NCBI GenBank assembly: GCA_035193785.1
Contig: CP136572.1
Location: 2,356,578 to 2,420,577, forward strand
DNA from: Planktothrix sp. GU0601_MAG3
GTDB taxonomy: Bacteria > Cyanobacteriota > Cyanobacteriia > Cyanobacteriales > Microcoleaceae
Length of the DNA: 64,000 bases
Reading direction: 5' to 3'
The notes under the pieces were generated by a model. The model worked only from the letters and a program-made list of their open reading frames with translations, searched no databases and had not been told where the DNA came from. Below, in pieces: positions 23,300 through 33,614 of the stretch; within the stretch, counting starts at the first letter, position 1; each line of letters starts with the position of its first letter. The translations under genes were made by a program, and so were the position numbers.

Positions 23300-23594
23300 T
23301 CTTTGCCCCTAACTCCTTGTTTGTTAAAATCATACCTTATTAAGTCCAATTTTCTAACAAAGCCAAAGATTGCCAAGGATTATCTTTAGGAATTAAAATT
23401 AAAACATTGCTTTAATATTATCGAGGGTGGGCTAATATTATTGTATCAAATAAAAGGGTTTAATTTACCTAGCATCCAACAGTTGTGGAGTCAGGCTTAG
23501 TACAAGGAATGGGGAATTTCGTTCACAACGGTTAAATTAATGTATACTAACATCTGAGTTTTCACCCCTGCGATCGCAAAACCCATTAAATCCC

Positions 23595-25001
23595 ATGACC
23601 ACTTTGAACACCCTTTGGCAACAATTTACCCTGCAAAATCTATTACTTTACCAATGGCGGCCTAGTAGTTTTCTCTACCAGTTGACGGGATTTTTACACC
23701 AATGGCGACAGGGGAGTTGGTTATTGCAGTGGGGGGAACCCTTGGGGGCATTATTAATTAGTATTGTATTTTGTTTAGCTCCTTTTGTGGGAACGGCATT
23801 AATCGGGGTTTTATTAATCGCTTGTGCCGGATGGTGGCTATTATTAACCCTAACGGATGAACCCTCACAAACTGCCTTCACTCCCATTCATTTAGTCGTT
23901 TTATTATATTGGGGAATTGCCACCGTTGCCACGGCTTTATCGCCTGTTAAAATAGCCGCCTTTAGTGGCTGGACGAAATTAACTCTTTATTTAATTTTAT
24001 TTGCTTTCATGTCGAGAATATTGCGATCGCCAAAAGTTCGCTCGATTTTTATTACCATATTTTTACACACAGCTTTATTCGTGAGTGTCTATGGTTTAAG
24101 ACAGTGGTTTTATGGGGCAAAAGCCCTAGCGACTTGGGTTGACCCCACCTCTGCCCAATCTAACTTAACCCGGGTTTATAGTTATTTAGATAACCCCAAT
24201 TTATTAGCCGCCTATTTATTACCCGCAGTTGGTTTAAGTTTGGCTGCATTGTTTGTTTGGCAAGGCATTTTACCAAAAGCTTTAGCACTAACCATGATCG
24301 TTGTCAACTCCTCCTGTTTAGTTTTAACCTTTAGTCGGGGAGGATGGATTGGATTAGTGCTATTAATATTTACTTTTTCAGTCCTATTATTATATTGGTT
24401 AAGTATTACTTTTCCTCCCTTTTGGCAACAGTGGGCTTTACCCTTGGGATTAATAGGATTAACTATTTTTCTCGTCTTAGCAGTGGTATTTGTTCCCCCG
24501 ATTCGCGATCGCGTGGCGAGTATGTTTGTCGGACGGGGAGATAGTAGTAATAATTTTAGAATTAATGTTTGGATGGCAGTCATTGAAATGATTAAAGATC
24601 GTCCGATCTTAGGAATTGGCCCGGGCAACGTAGCTTTTAATAAGATTTATCCCCTTTATATGCAGCCTCGTTATACCGCTTTGAGTGCCTATTCCGTGAT
24701 ATTAGAAGTCGCAGTTGAAACCGGAATTATCGGTTTAAGTTGTTTTCTCTGGTTATTAACCGTAACCTTTAATCAAGGATGGGTGCAATTAAAACAACTC
24801 CGAGCTTTAGGAAATACCCAAGGATTTTGGTTAATTGCAGCCATTTCTACCTTAATAGGACTGATAGGTCATGGTTTCGTTGATACGGTTTTATATCGTC
24901 CCCAAGTTAATACTTTATGGTGGTTAATGATTGCTTTAATTGCCAGCTATTATCAACCCAAGCCTCGGATTTTAGTGGATGAAGTTTGGAGGAATCAATA
25001 A
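23595..25001 (+). CDS. ictB: IctB-family / O-antigen-ligase-like membrane protein
   Basis: RVYSYLDNPNLLA, TFSRGGW, DSSNNFRINVW, GIGPGN. Confidence 0.85.
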   Translation: MTTLNTLWQQFTLQNLLLYQWRPSSFLYQLTGFLHQWRQGSWLLQWGEPLGALLISIVFCLAPFVGTALIGVLLIACAGWWLLLTLTDEPSQTAFTPIHLVVLLYWGIATVATALSPVKIAAFSGWTKLTLYLILFAFMSRILRSPKVRSIFITIFLHTALFVSVYGLRQWFYGAKALATWVDPTSAQSNLTRVYSYLDNPNLLAAYLLPAVGLSLAALFVWQGILPKALALTMIVVNSSCLVLTFSRGGWIGLVLLIFTFSVLLLYWLSITFPPFWQQWALPLGLIGLTIFLVLAVVFVPPIRDRVASMFVGRGDSSNNFRINVWMAVIEMIKDRPILGIGPGNVAFNKIYPLYMQPRYTALSAYSVILEVAVETGIIGLSCFLWLLTVTFNQGWVQLKQLRALGNTQGFWLIAAISTLIGLIGHGFVDTVLYRPQVNTLWWLMIALIASYYQPKPRILVDEVWRNQ

Positions 25002-25427
25002 ATTTAGCTCTTAGGGTCTAGGAATCAGAAGGAAGATCCACGGAAAAGGGGATGTAAAAATTAAAGCCCTAGACATCCGCCCATTTGCGGTCACGGGAAA
25101 ATAGTAATAATAATGGGTTTAAGTAATTTTTCTTAGAGGATCTTCCATTTTCAAGAAAAACCTGTATTATATTGAAGATGAACAATGAGAAATCTTAAAC
25201 CTGCCTTAATAAGCAAGGAAAGGTTTTGCTTTCTCAATGGTATAGAAATCAAAAGTCTGCAACTGAATGACTGCAACTCAGTTCAAACTGTTGTGGTACA
25301 AACTTGAATAGTTAAATCTCTATTCTGGTTTAATTTCTAACTTACCATTTAGTAGCATTCCCGGGATTAAGGTATATTTTTTCTCAATCTTGTCACCCAC
25401 CTACTTTCAATTTTCTTGAGATCTCCT

Positions 25428-25634
25428 ATGAAAAAGTTAGCTCTAGTGTTTTCAGGTTTAGCCATAGCTTCTTCCTGCTTATTAACTGCTTGCGGTGGTG
25501 CTCCCACAGAAACCCCCCCTACTACCCCCCCTACTACCCCTCCTACCACCCCTCCTACCACCCCCCCTACTACCCCCCCCTACCACCCCCCCTACTACCC
25601 CCCCAAAATAGGGGAAATGATTTTAAGGGGTTAA
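25428..25634 (+). CDS. Small Pro/Thr-repeat lipoprotein (3' end uncertain in poly-C runs)
   Basis: Signal peptide with lipobox LTA-C, then (PPTT)n encoded by a 12-bp repeat. Confidence 0.65.
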   Translation: MKKLALVFSGLAIASSCLLTACGGAPTETPPTTPPTTPPTTPPTTPPTTPPYHPPYYPPKIGEMILRG

Positions 25635-25673
25635 AATTGATTTCCTCTCCTATGACTTAGGGGAGGAAATTTT

Positions 25674-26588
25674 TTAAGACTCATAAGTAATTTGCTCCGA
25701 TTTATATTGGGGGGGTTCAACATGAATTAAAATTCTCACGGGGCTAAATTCTTGTGCTAATGCTGCTTCTACTGCTTCTGTAATACTGTGGGCTGTTTCT
25801 ACATCCGTTGCTTCCACAATTAAGTGCATTTCAATAAAAACCTGTCGTCCAATCATCCCACGGGAGGCAATATCATGGCAGTTTATCACCCCCGGAACAG
25901 ACATCACAATTTCCTTAATAGTTTCCGGTGCAATCACCATTTGATCCACCAACCAAGGCAAATTTTCCTTTAAGACACTCCAACCACTTTTAAACACTAA
26001 TAATGCCACGGGAAAGGCTAAAATCACATCTAAATATTGTAATTTTGGCAAATTCCAAACGGCTCCTTGCCAAATCCCAATTAATCCAGCAATTACCATA
26101 ATTGTCACCCAAACATCACTCATTGTATGTTTAGCATCTGCTATTAAAATCGCACTACCCAAACGCTTTCCCGCCGCTCGCTCATAATAAGTCACGAAAA
26201 TATTAATTCCTAAAACAATTAATAAAATCCATAATTCATTAGGAGAAATTGTCACTGGTTCACCACCTTTAAACACCCGTTTTATGGCACTACTGAAAAT
26301 TTCAAAACAGGCTATTCCTAAAAATACACCAATCCCCAATGCTCCCAAAGCATCGAATTTTTGATGTCCATAGGGATGTTCCCGATCGGGGTGGGGAGAG
26401 GCAAAATGGTTGGTAACTAATCCTAAAATATTATTAGCACTATCGGTAACACTATGCAGAGCATCGGCGAGTAAGCTCAAAGAACCTGTCATGTTACCTA
26501 CAACTACTTTAATCATCATTACTAACAGGTTTAAACCCAGTGTTAATAATAAAACAAATTGAATTTTTGAACGATTATCCTGAACCAT
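25674..26588 (-). CDS. Cation diffusion facilitator transporter
   Basis: SLLADALHSVTD, HPYGH, DAKHTMSD, IHVEP. Confidence 0.9.
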   Translation of the reverse strand: MVQDNRSKIQFVLLLTLGLNLLVMMIKVVVGNMTGSLSLLADALHSVTDSANNILGLVTNHFASPHPDREHPYGHQKFDALGALGIGVFLGIACFEIFSSAIKRVFKGGEPVTISPNELWILLIVLGINIFVTYYERAAGKRLGSAILIADAKHTMSDVWVTIMVIAGLIGIWQGAVWNLPKLQYLDVILAFPVALLVFKSGWSVLKENLPWLVDQMVIAPETIKEIVMSVPGVINCHDIASRGMIGRQVFIEMHLIVEATDVETAHSITEAVEAALAQEFSPVRILIHVEPPQYKSEQITYES

Positions 26589-26765
26589 AAAATTTTTCCT
26601 TTTAAGTTTTGACGGTGATCAAAAACTGTTTTCAATATATCACTCTGTTTGTATTAATCTGACTATTGAGATTGATTTTCACTAAAAATATAAAAGTTAA
26701 TTTAGGTTAATTTCGCGGTAAAATTGGGTTAAAGGATTTCAATTATCGTTTTAAATCGTTGTTCT

Positions 26766-27123
26766 ATGTCTATTCCTCCACTCACAATTAATTTAACTCA
26801 GGGTTTCTGTTTCCCTAGGTTTCACCCCCGAAGCGGCTCAGAATTTAAGAGGGGTACTAGATGAATTAATGCAAAAACTCAAAACGGTGGCGGCAAAAAC
26901 TGCCCCAGGTGGCGGCAAACCTACCCCCCAAAAGTCAATGGAATATCAATATACCGGAGATGTGTTTTTAGAGGTTTTCTGCAATCCCAATATTTGGCCG
27001 AGTCCTTTTGCTGCGAAAGTCCTAATTACTGTTCGAGATGAACGGATTAAACTGACCACGGAAGCCGAACTCACCCGGATTATTGATGACGTTAATCAAT
27101 ACCTCGACCAAGTGAGGGAATAA
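26766..27123 (+). CDS. Conserved cyanobacterial hypothetical protein; apparent frameshift at ~26803
   Basis: Corrected N-terminus MSIPPLTINLTQGSVS joins ...FLEVFCNPNIWPSPFAAKV. Confidence 0.65.
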
Positions 27124-27152
27124 GCTGTTAGAATATACGGAAAAAATCGGTC

Positions 27153-27367
27153 TATAGCGCTGCTAGGGAACACCGGATCTGGGAACACCGGATCTGGGAA
27201 CACCGGATCTGGCTGCGTCGTAAGCCGTGAGCCGTAAGCCGTAAGCCGTGAGCCGTAAGCCGTAAGCCGTGAGCCTGTCGAACGGTCGAACGAGAACACC
27301 GGATCACGACGCAGTGAATGAGTTTGCTGGCTTTAGAAGTGTCCTAACTGTAATGCGTAGCGCTATA
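27153..27367. mobile_element. MITE-like element with TATAGCGCT..AGCGCTATA ends and internal tandem repeats
   Basis: 9-bp inverted termini, 3 x gggaacaccggatct, and about 7 x (ta/tg)agccg. Confidence 0.55.
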
Positions 27368-27451
27368 CTTCAGATTTTCTCCCCAGAATCCCTATAGCAA
27401 GATGGCAATTTTGCCATCCCACTCCACTTAAAAAATTTTTTAACTATTATT

Positions 27452-27851
27452 ATGAATGCTGAACAATTAACCAATCTATGTCATCAGGGATTTCAAGTTA
27501 CCCTGGGTGCGACATCTTCCCTGATCGAGATTCTCCAAAATCCCGATAAGCGCAATGAGAATCTCGGAAAAATTCAGTCACAGTTTAGCGAGTTAGCCCA
27601 AGAATGGGCGGAAAAAGGAAAAACGACTGAACAGGAAGCGCGAAATTTCGTGGATACAATTCTTTCCCAGGGTTTCGCAGAACCTTAATACAGACACAAC
27701 AACCGTAACAATAGAAGCTGAAGTTATCACCCCCGCGACTCCCCCCGTGTCAGACCCCGAGCCCGTCAAAGAAATTCAAGAACTTACAACCCAAATTGCC
27801 GAGTTACGAGATGAATTAAGACGTCTGCGAGAATCCAATACTTTTGACTAA
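27452..27851 (+). CDS. Coiled-coil hypothetical protein; apparent frameshift at ~27672
   Basis: Corrected frame continues to EIQELTTQIAELRDELRRL..*. Confidence 0.65.
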
Positions 27852-28105
27852 TTAGGACGAGAAAAAACCCAAAAAAGCCACCGCCCAACGATGAAGTTTT
27901 AAACCCAAATTTGGATAAACCCCGCCCCCACAACCCAACTGATGGAAATCAGAATCGACATGAATCGGGTTCAAAATTGTGGGGGCGGGTTTATCGTTAT
28001 AGCTATATTTATTGATATCTAGTTGCAGAACCCATTCCGAAATTGTTTAACTTCATGTTGCAACCGATATCCCATCGCACGCACTTAAATTTTAACTTTA
28101 TTCTT

Positions 28106-28338
28106 GACTCCGGCATCTCAGAGTCGCTTTCCTTTATTTAAGCCAGAAGGGTCAACCCTCTGAAATCAGACCAATCGGTAGAAGCAGTCCTAAGTTCTTC
28201 TATTTCAAGTATTTAAGATATTTTGAACTTAAAACGGCCAGGAAAGGGCTTTAAAGGATCGCGATTCTAGTCCCCTAATTTACCTGAATCGGCAGGCAAA
28301 TCGGTTCTCAACCCCAGGAGTCAGCACCGAGCAAACTT
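28106..28338 (-). ncRNA. Candidate sRNA downstream of the DUF4327 gene
   Basis: Minus-strand TTGAAA-N18-CATTAT upstream, no long ORF, terminal hairpin gactc..gagtc (28106-28125). Confidence 0.35.
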
Positions 28339-28384
28339 AAATAATGTCTGAAAGATTTTTTTGTTTTCAAATTTAATTGGGATT

Positions 28385-28609
28385 TTAGTCGTTATCCCAG
28401 GTTTCATGGCCAATCAGGTCGCCAATTCGGTCTCGGAGCAGGAAGTCGCATTCCTCCAACTCACACTCCACACAAGCCCATTCCCGCGCTGGAATATATT
28501 GGCAGAGTGTATAGATGGGTTGTTGACGGCTCACAACCCCCTTATTGACGAGTTGGCGGGCTTCATCTTTAATCACATCTAATGAAAATTGGACAGTTGT
28601 GTAAGTCAT
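28385..28609 (-). CDS. DUF4327-family protein
   Basis: IKDEARQLV..G.VSRQQPIY.LC.YIPAREW..VE.ELE..DFLLRD. Confidence 0.8.
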   Translation of the reverse strand: MTYTTVQFSLDVIKDEARQLVNKGVVSRQQPIYTLCQYIPAREWACVECELEECDFLLRDRIGDLIGHETWDND

Positions 28610-28823
28610 AATTCGCCCTCTTTGGCGTTGCCGGAGAAGTTGTTGGCATCACATATAGTGTAGTCTAAAAATTGACTTTGGGAAATATTTTTTTTTCAGT
28701 ATAAGCCAATACAAATACTTGGGGTTTTCCCATAACAATATGCAAAGTCACTGGACAAAAGCCCATGACAGAGGTTAAGCATTAGGTCTTTGTTCAAGAT
28801 ACCAGGCTGTTATTAAATTCTGA

Positions 28824-30410
28824 TTAAATTCCCCAAAGGACTTTTAAGGCAATCTCCTGGGCTGCGGGGGTCTGACCGTAGGAGAAAACATAAGGAGTTT
28901 TGGGGGAAATTTGGGGTAAAAACTGTTCCAGGGTGTAGGGACTCCCGTAAATCACCAAAGCCTGTAAATTATCCTGTTTTAAGAGAATACTTAACCAATT
29001 TTGAGCAATTTGTGTTAGTCCCGAACTATCACGGAAGGCATTAGCTCGAATAAAAATTTGCAGTAAGGTGGGTTCAGAAGACTGCTCAATATCAGAAAAT
29101 TCTCGATAATTACAATCAATCAGTTGTAAGCGATAACCCAACTGAGTTGGACGGGCGATCGCCGGGGTATGATTTCCTAAAATAGAACAATTGAGCAAAT
29201 CATCCACAATTACTAAATTTCGTAGGGTTTGAGGCGAATTTGGAACTCCTAAAGGCAAAGTTCCCCCCTGTTTCAGAGAATCCTGCAAAATTGTTTGAAC
29301 CAGAGCTTGAGAAGATGGTTGAGACAGAGAATAAAATAATTTCTGGGGATCTTGACTAGGAGGAGAATAGGGTTGATCCGATCGCCAGTCGGGAAATACC
29401 TTCGCCTTCGCCTGCCAAATGCGCTGTACAGAGGCTTCAATCCGTTCCCGGGAAATTCTACCCTCCTTCACCGCCGTACAGACCGCATCAATGGTAACTT
29501 GGGGATCAAGCGGCATTAATAAAACATCGGCTCCAGCTTCCACGGCTAAAATGGCGGCTTCTTCGGGAGTATAAAGTTTGGCGATCGCCCCCATCACCAA
29601 AGCATCCGTTACTACTAACCCTTGAAAGCCCAAGCGTCGTCTCAACTGTTCCTGAACAATCACCGGGGATAGGGTCGCGGGATTTTTACTATCCCAAGCC
29701 GGGATCAACAAATGAGCCATCATCACCGAATCCACACCCGCAGCAATACTCGCGACAAACGGAGGTAATTCCACCTCAGCTAAACGGGGATCGGGATGGG
29801 GAATCACAGGTAATTCCAAATGGGAATCAATCGCCGTATCCCCATGGCCAGGGAAATGTTTGGCCGTCGTTAACACCGGATATCCTTGACATCCCCGAAT
29901 AAAAGCCGTCGCTAAGTGACTAACTCGTTCCGGGGTTTCCCCAAAGGAACGGACATTAATCACCGGATTTTTCGGATTATTATTCACATCAACCACCGGA
30001 GCCAAAACCCAATTTAAGCCCACGGTTAGGGATTCTTGAGCGATAATTGCCCCCATTTTTTCCGCATACAATTGCGCGGATTCCCAAGAGTGATCGGCCA
30101 ATGCTCCAATAGCCATCAAGGGTGGAAACCAAGTCGCCCCAGCAAAACGCTGACCGACCCCTTCCTCCACGTCCGCCGCTACTAACAGGGGAAATTTAGC
30201 CCAGGACTGCAACAACTGAGTTCTAATCGCCAACTCCGCCGCACTACCATCTACCAAAATCACCCCACCCACACCCAAATCCTGTAACCAATGCTCTAAT
30301 TTCTGTGCTGGAGGTTCCCAAAGGGAGTAACGAATTTGATGATCAAACAAAAAACCAGAAGCCCGAACCACAACCATCTGGGCAACTTGTTCAGCTAGAG
30401 AAAAAGTCAT
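28824..30410 (-). CDS. Glycoside hydrolase family 3 (beta-N-acetylhexosaminidase-like)
   Basis: ADVEEG, NVRSFG, KHFPGHGDTAIDSH, TDALVM. Confidence 0.9.
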   Translation of the reverse strand: MTFSLAEQVAQMVVVRASGFLFDHQIRYSLWEPPAQKLEHWLQDLGVGGVILVDGSAAELAIRTQLLQSWAKFPLLVAADVEEGVGQRFAGATWFPPLMAIGALADHSWESAQLYAEKMGAIIAQESLTVGLNWVLAPVVDVNNNPKNPVINVRSFGETPERVSHLATAFIRGCQGYPVLTTAKHFPGHGDTAIDSHLELPVIPHPDPRLAEVELPPFVASIAAGVDSVMMAHLLIPAWDSKNPATLSPVIVQEQLRRRLGFQGLVVTDALVMGAIAKLYTPEEAAILAVEAGADVLLMPLDPQVTIDAVCTAVKEGRISRERIEASVQRIWQAKAKVFPDWRSDQPYSPPSQDPQKLFYSLSQPSSQALVQTILQDSLKQGGTLPLGVPNSPQTLRNLVIVDDLLNCSILGNHTPAIARPTQLGYRLQLIDCNYREFSDIEQSSEPTLLQIFIRANAFRDSSGLTQIAQNWLSILLKQDNLQALVIYGSPYTLEQFLPQISPKTPYVFSYGQTPAAQEIALKVLWGI

Positions 30411-30418
30411 ATTACAAA

Positions 30419-30647
30419 TTACGAATTACGAATTACGAATTACGAATGGGGAATGGGGAATTACGAATGGGAATTACGAATGGGAATTACGAATGGGGAA
30501 TGGGTTTTGGATAATAGAAAGAATCTACCTCCCCTGCCCCCCTGCTCCCCCTGCTCCCCCTGCCCCCCTGCTCCCCCTGCTCCCCCTGCTCCCCTACCTC
30601 CCCTGCTCCCCTGCCCTCCCTGCTCCCCCTGCTCCCCCTGCTCCCTT
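30419..30647 (-). repeat. Inverted copy of the composite nonamer/core/heptamer repeat
   Basis: tgggttttggataatagaaagaatctacct is the exact reverse complement of the core at ~19031. Confidence 0.85.
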
Positions 30648-31044
30648 ACTCCTCCTCGCCATAATCAATAAATTCATCCTCATCCGGTTTACGATTCTGG
30701 GAGAGTTCGTTTAATAGAGTTAACATTTTGTCACCCCGTTCCAAGGAACGATCTTCTAAAAAAACCACTTCTGGAGTCCGACGTAAACGGACACGCTGAC
30801 CTAGAGAAGAACGAACATAACCCGTTGCTGATTTTAAGCCTTCCATGGTTTCTCGTCTGGCTTCTTCGGTTCCATAAATGCTGACAAAAATTTTGGCGTG
30901 TTGGAGGTCGCCGGAAACATCGACATCGGTAATACTCACCATTCCGATTCCAACCCGGTCATCTTTGATCCCATCCAGTAATATCTGGCTGACCTCCCGT
31001 TTAATTTGTGCAGCCACCCGGGAAACTCGGCGATCTGTAGCCAT
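30646..31044 (-). CDS. rbfA: Ribosome-binding factor A
   Basis: [29 protein letters not shown]. Confidence 0.95.
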   Translation of the reverse strand: MATDRRVSRVAAQIKREVSQILLDGIKDDRVGIGMVSITDVDVSGDLQHAKIFVSIYGTEEARRETMEGLKSATGYVRSSLGQRVRLRRTPEVVFLEDRSLERGDKMLTLLNELSQNRKPDEDEFIDYGEEE

Positions 31045-31187
31045 AATTACTACCCCTTCAAACGGTCTTGTTCTTCCATAGTCTCAAGTTTAGCGCGGTT
31101 ATTTATCTTTTTGGCGACAAAATCCCGATGAATTAAGGTACAAAGCCCCATGATATCTTACAAGAAAACTAATTTTTAGGTTGATCA

Positions 31188-31409
31188 ATGGAAAAAGAGT
31201 TTGAAATCCGACAAAAAGTCAAGGTGATAGCGATTCCTCCCTATCTAAAAACAGCAGAACCCATGCCGATTTTACGTCCATCCAGCGTGATTAAACTCGG
31301 TGAAGTTGGCACTGTAATTGATAGACGACCCGGTGGCTATTGGGGGGTTTTATTTGAGAAAGGGGCTTTTTTAATCGATAGCCAGTATATCGAAGGGGTG
31401 AAATCCTGA
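31188..31409 (+). CDS. sipA: SipA-like regulatory protein (DUF3148)
   Basis: PPYLKTAEPMP.LRP, DRRPGGYW.V.F..GAFL.DSQY. Confidence 0.8.
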   Translation: MEKEFEIRQKVKVIAIPPYLKTAEPMPILRPSSVIKLGEVGTVIDRRPGGYWGVLFEKGAFLIDSQYIEGVKS

Positions 31410-31503
31410 ATAGCTTTTGACTTTAGCCAAAAACTAAAGTGATGCCACCCATTGATATAGATGGCATCACCAGAATCACAGGATGATTCTCCGACTCACA
31501 CGC

Positions 31504-32300
31504 TTACCACAAACCACGGACTGGGGGTGGTGCGGGTGGTAGTGGTAATGGGGGTGGGAGCGGGGGTCGTGGCGTTGGGGCTGCTACTGGGGGTGCTGCT
31601 GGGAAATCTACTTCTTGTAGAGAACAGCCGCCTTTGCCAAATTGAGAAGCCTTCTTAAACAGAGAATCGAGATTCCCCGCTAGGCCTTTGACTTTATCTA
31701 CCGTCTCGGGAATATTACCGACATCAATATACATTCCCGGAACAGGATAGTAACTGACAATATCCAAGAAGGAGAGCTTACCATCTTCACTCAGGGCATT
31801 GATTAGAGCCGCCCGAATCGCTTTACCATTGGCAACACGACGATGGGTTTTCTAACGGTTGTCCCGATGGTATCGGTTAACTCCTGACCTTCTGGGGAAT
31901 AGATAATGCAAGCAAAGGGAACTAAATCAAAACCAACTTCTAAGCTCATCAGACCGCGAAGGGTATCCGGCTCCATTTTGGAAGCCTTAACGATTTGGCT
32001 AATGGTTTTGGTCATTTCCCCGGTTTCAGCGAAATTCTTTAATTCACTGACCAAGATCGGTACTTGGAAGGGGCCGTAAGTCAGAATTACGCGATCTTCT
32101 CCACAGAATACCGTGCGATCCGGGTTAGGAAAGTCGGCAATCGGTGAAGGAACTCTGGCATAATCCGATGATGGCGCACAGGCGCCGGGGTGGTGAGCTT
32201 GGGCTTGGGGAAGGGGCACAGCAGCGTTGCTAACTAATGCTCCAGCCAGTATCCCCAAAATCCATTTTGGTTGTAGTCTTTGAGGTTTTGGTATTTTCAT
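31504..32300 (-). CDS. Secreted DUF1400-like protein with Pro-rich tail; apparent frameshift at ~31848
   Basis: Signal peptide, YGPF..I.V.EL..FA.TG, C-terminal PVRGLW. Confidence 0.65.
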
Positions 32301-32468
32301 TATCAACTGAACTAACAAAAAAATTAGTGCGTTTTGACTTAACAGCTTAAAGGGTGTTGCTTAGTTTCACAAGAGCAAAGTCAAATTTTTTGGTAAAAAT
32401 TGGGAATCAGACCTGGGAAATCCTTTGGGAGTGGAGGGTGTAGGCAATAAAAAAGTTAATTCTCCAGA

Positions 32469-33443
32469 TCACTTGGGTAACAAAACTAATAGGGATTTCA
32501 GAGCTTGTAGTGCTAACAGCAGGACAACCGTACCCGCCATCAGAATTGTGGCCGGAACTAAAACAGTTTGTAGACGGCGCAGGGTTTGTTCAAGTTCCTC
32601 CTCATAGTAATTTGTTAGTTTTTGCAGGGCTAAATCTAATTGTCCTGTGGCTTCCCCCGTCCGTAACATTTGCAGGGCTACCGCAGGTAAACGACCTTCT
32701 AGGCTTTGACTTAGGGTTTTGTCGGCGGGAATTTGACCTAATGCAATGGTAATGGTAGCCTTCATTTCCGATTTAGGAATATGGGCGCGAACCAATTCTA
32801 ATCCAGCTAACAAGGACATTCCACAACTCAAGGGTAGTTTTAATTCTCCTAAATACAACATCATCCGAGCGGTGGAAATTTTTTTAATAATTGATAACCG
32901 GGGCATAATTCTCGGAATTACTAATATAATTACTGATATAATTCCTAATATTAAAAACCACCAATTACCTGATAAACCCGATAAATAACAAAGGGTGAGA
33001 ATCAACAGGATAATACTAATGCCTGTGGCAATTGCCGCCAGGGTTACAGACCTATACAGATTTTGATGACGTGCTTTTCGTTCTTCGATCTCGGAAATTC
33101 GATAGCAAATTTCGGGTAACATCCCTTGGGATTCTCCCAGGGAAATTAGACCAATTGTCCAACGGTCAAAATATCGGGATGCTAAAGCCAGGGCTGAAGC
33201 TAAATCGCCCCCCCTTGATGTGGCTGCTGTCATTTTGTTGAGATAGCGTCCGAGTTGCGGGTAGCTATCTTTCCCCACCAACGTTAAGCTCTGTTCTACG
33301 GTTAAACCGGAGTTTAACAAGGTTGCTAATTGAAAGAAAAAAAGAGCCTTTTCGCGGGGATTCATTCGGGAACGGGGTATGACTGCATTGGGCAGAGGTT
33401 TGACTGAAGGCTCTATTTTGCCAAAAAGGAACCCCAGAATCAA
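32469..33443 (-). CDS. Type II secretion F / PilC-family protein (start uncertain)
   Basis: FFQLATLLNSGL, LGESQG, TGEATGQLD. Confidence 0.8.
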   Translation of the reverse strand: MILGFLFGKIEPSVKPLPNAVIPRSRMNPREKALFFFQLATLLNSGLTVEQSLTLVGKDSYPQLGRYLNKMTAATSRGGDLASALALASRYFDRWTIGLISLGESQGMLPEICYRISEIEERKARHQNLYRSVTLAAIATGISIILLILTLCYLSGLSGNWWFLILGIISVIILVIPRIMPRLSIIKKISTARMMLYLGELKLPLSCGMSLLAGLELVRAHIPKSEMKATITIALGQIPADKTLSQSLEGRLPAVALQMLRTGEATGQLDLALQKLTNYYEEELEQTLRRLQTVLVPATILMAGTVVLLLALQALKSLLVLLPK

Positions 33444-33452
33444 GAGGTATTC

Positions 33453-33611
33453 GTAGTAAGCCCTTCAGGGCTATCTTTTCCCAATCGAGTTAAGAGGTAT
33501 TAACAACCTAACGTAGTAGGCCCTTCAGGGCTATCTTTTCCCAATGTAGTAAGCCCTTTAGGGCTATCTTTTCCCAATATAGTTAAGAGAGGCGTGAACG
33601 CCTCACTACGG
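33453..33611. repeat. GTAG-type REP cluster (GTAGTAAGCCCTTCAGGGCT x3 plus an inverted unit)
   Basis: Copies at 33453, 33513 and 33546. Another copy is at 21033-21052. Confidence 0.7.
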
Positions 33612-33614
33612 GGG

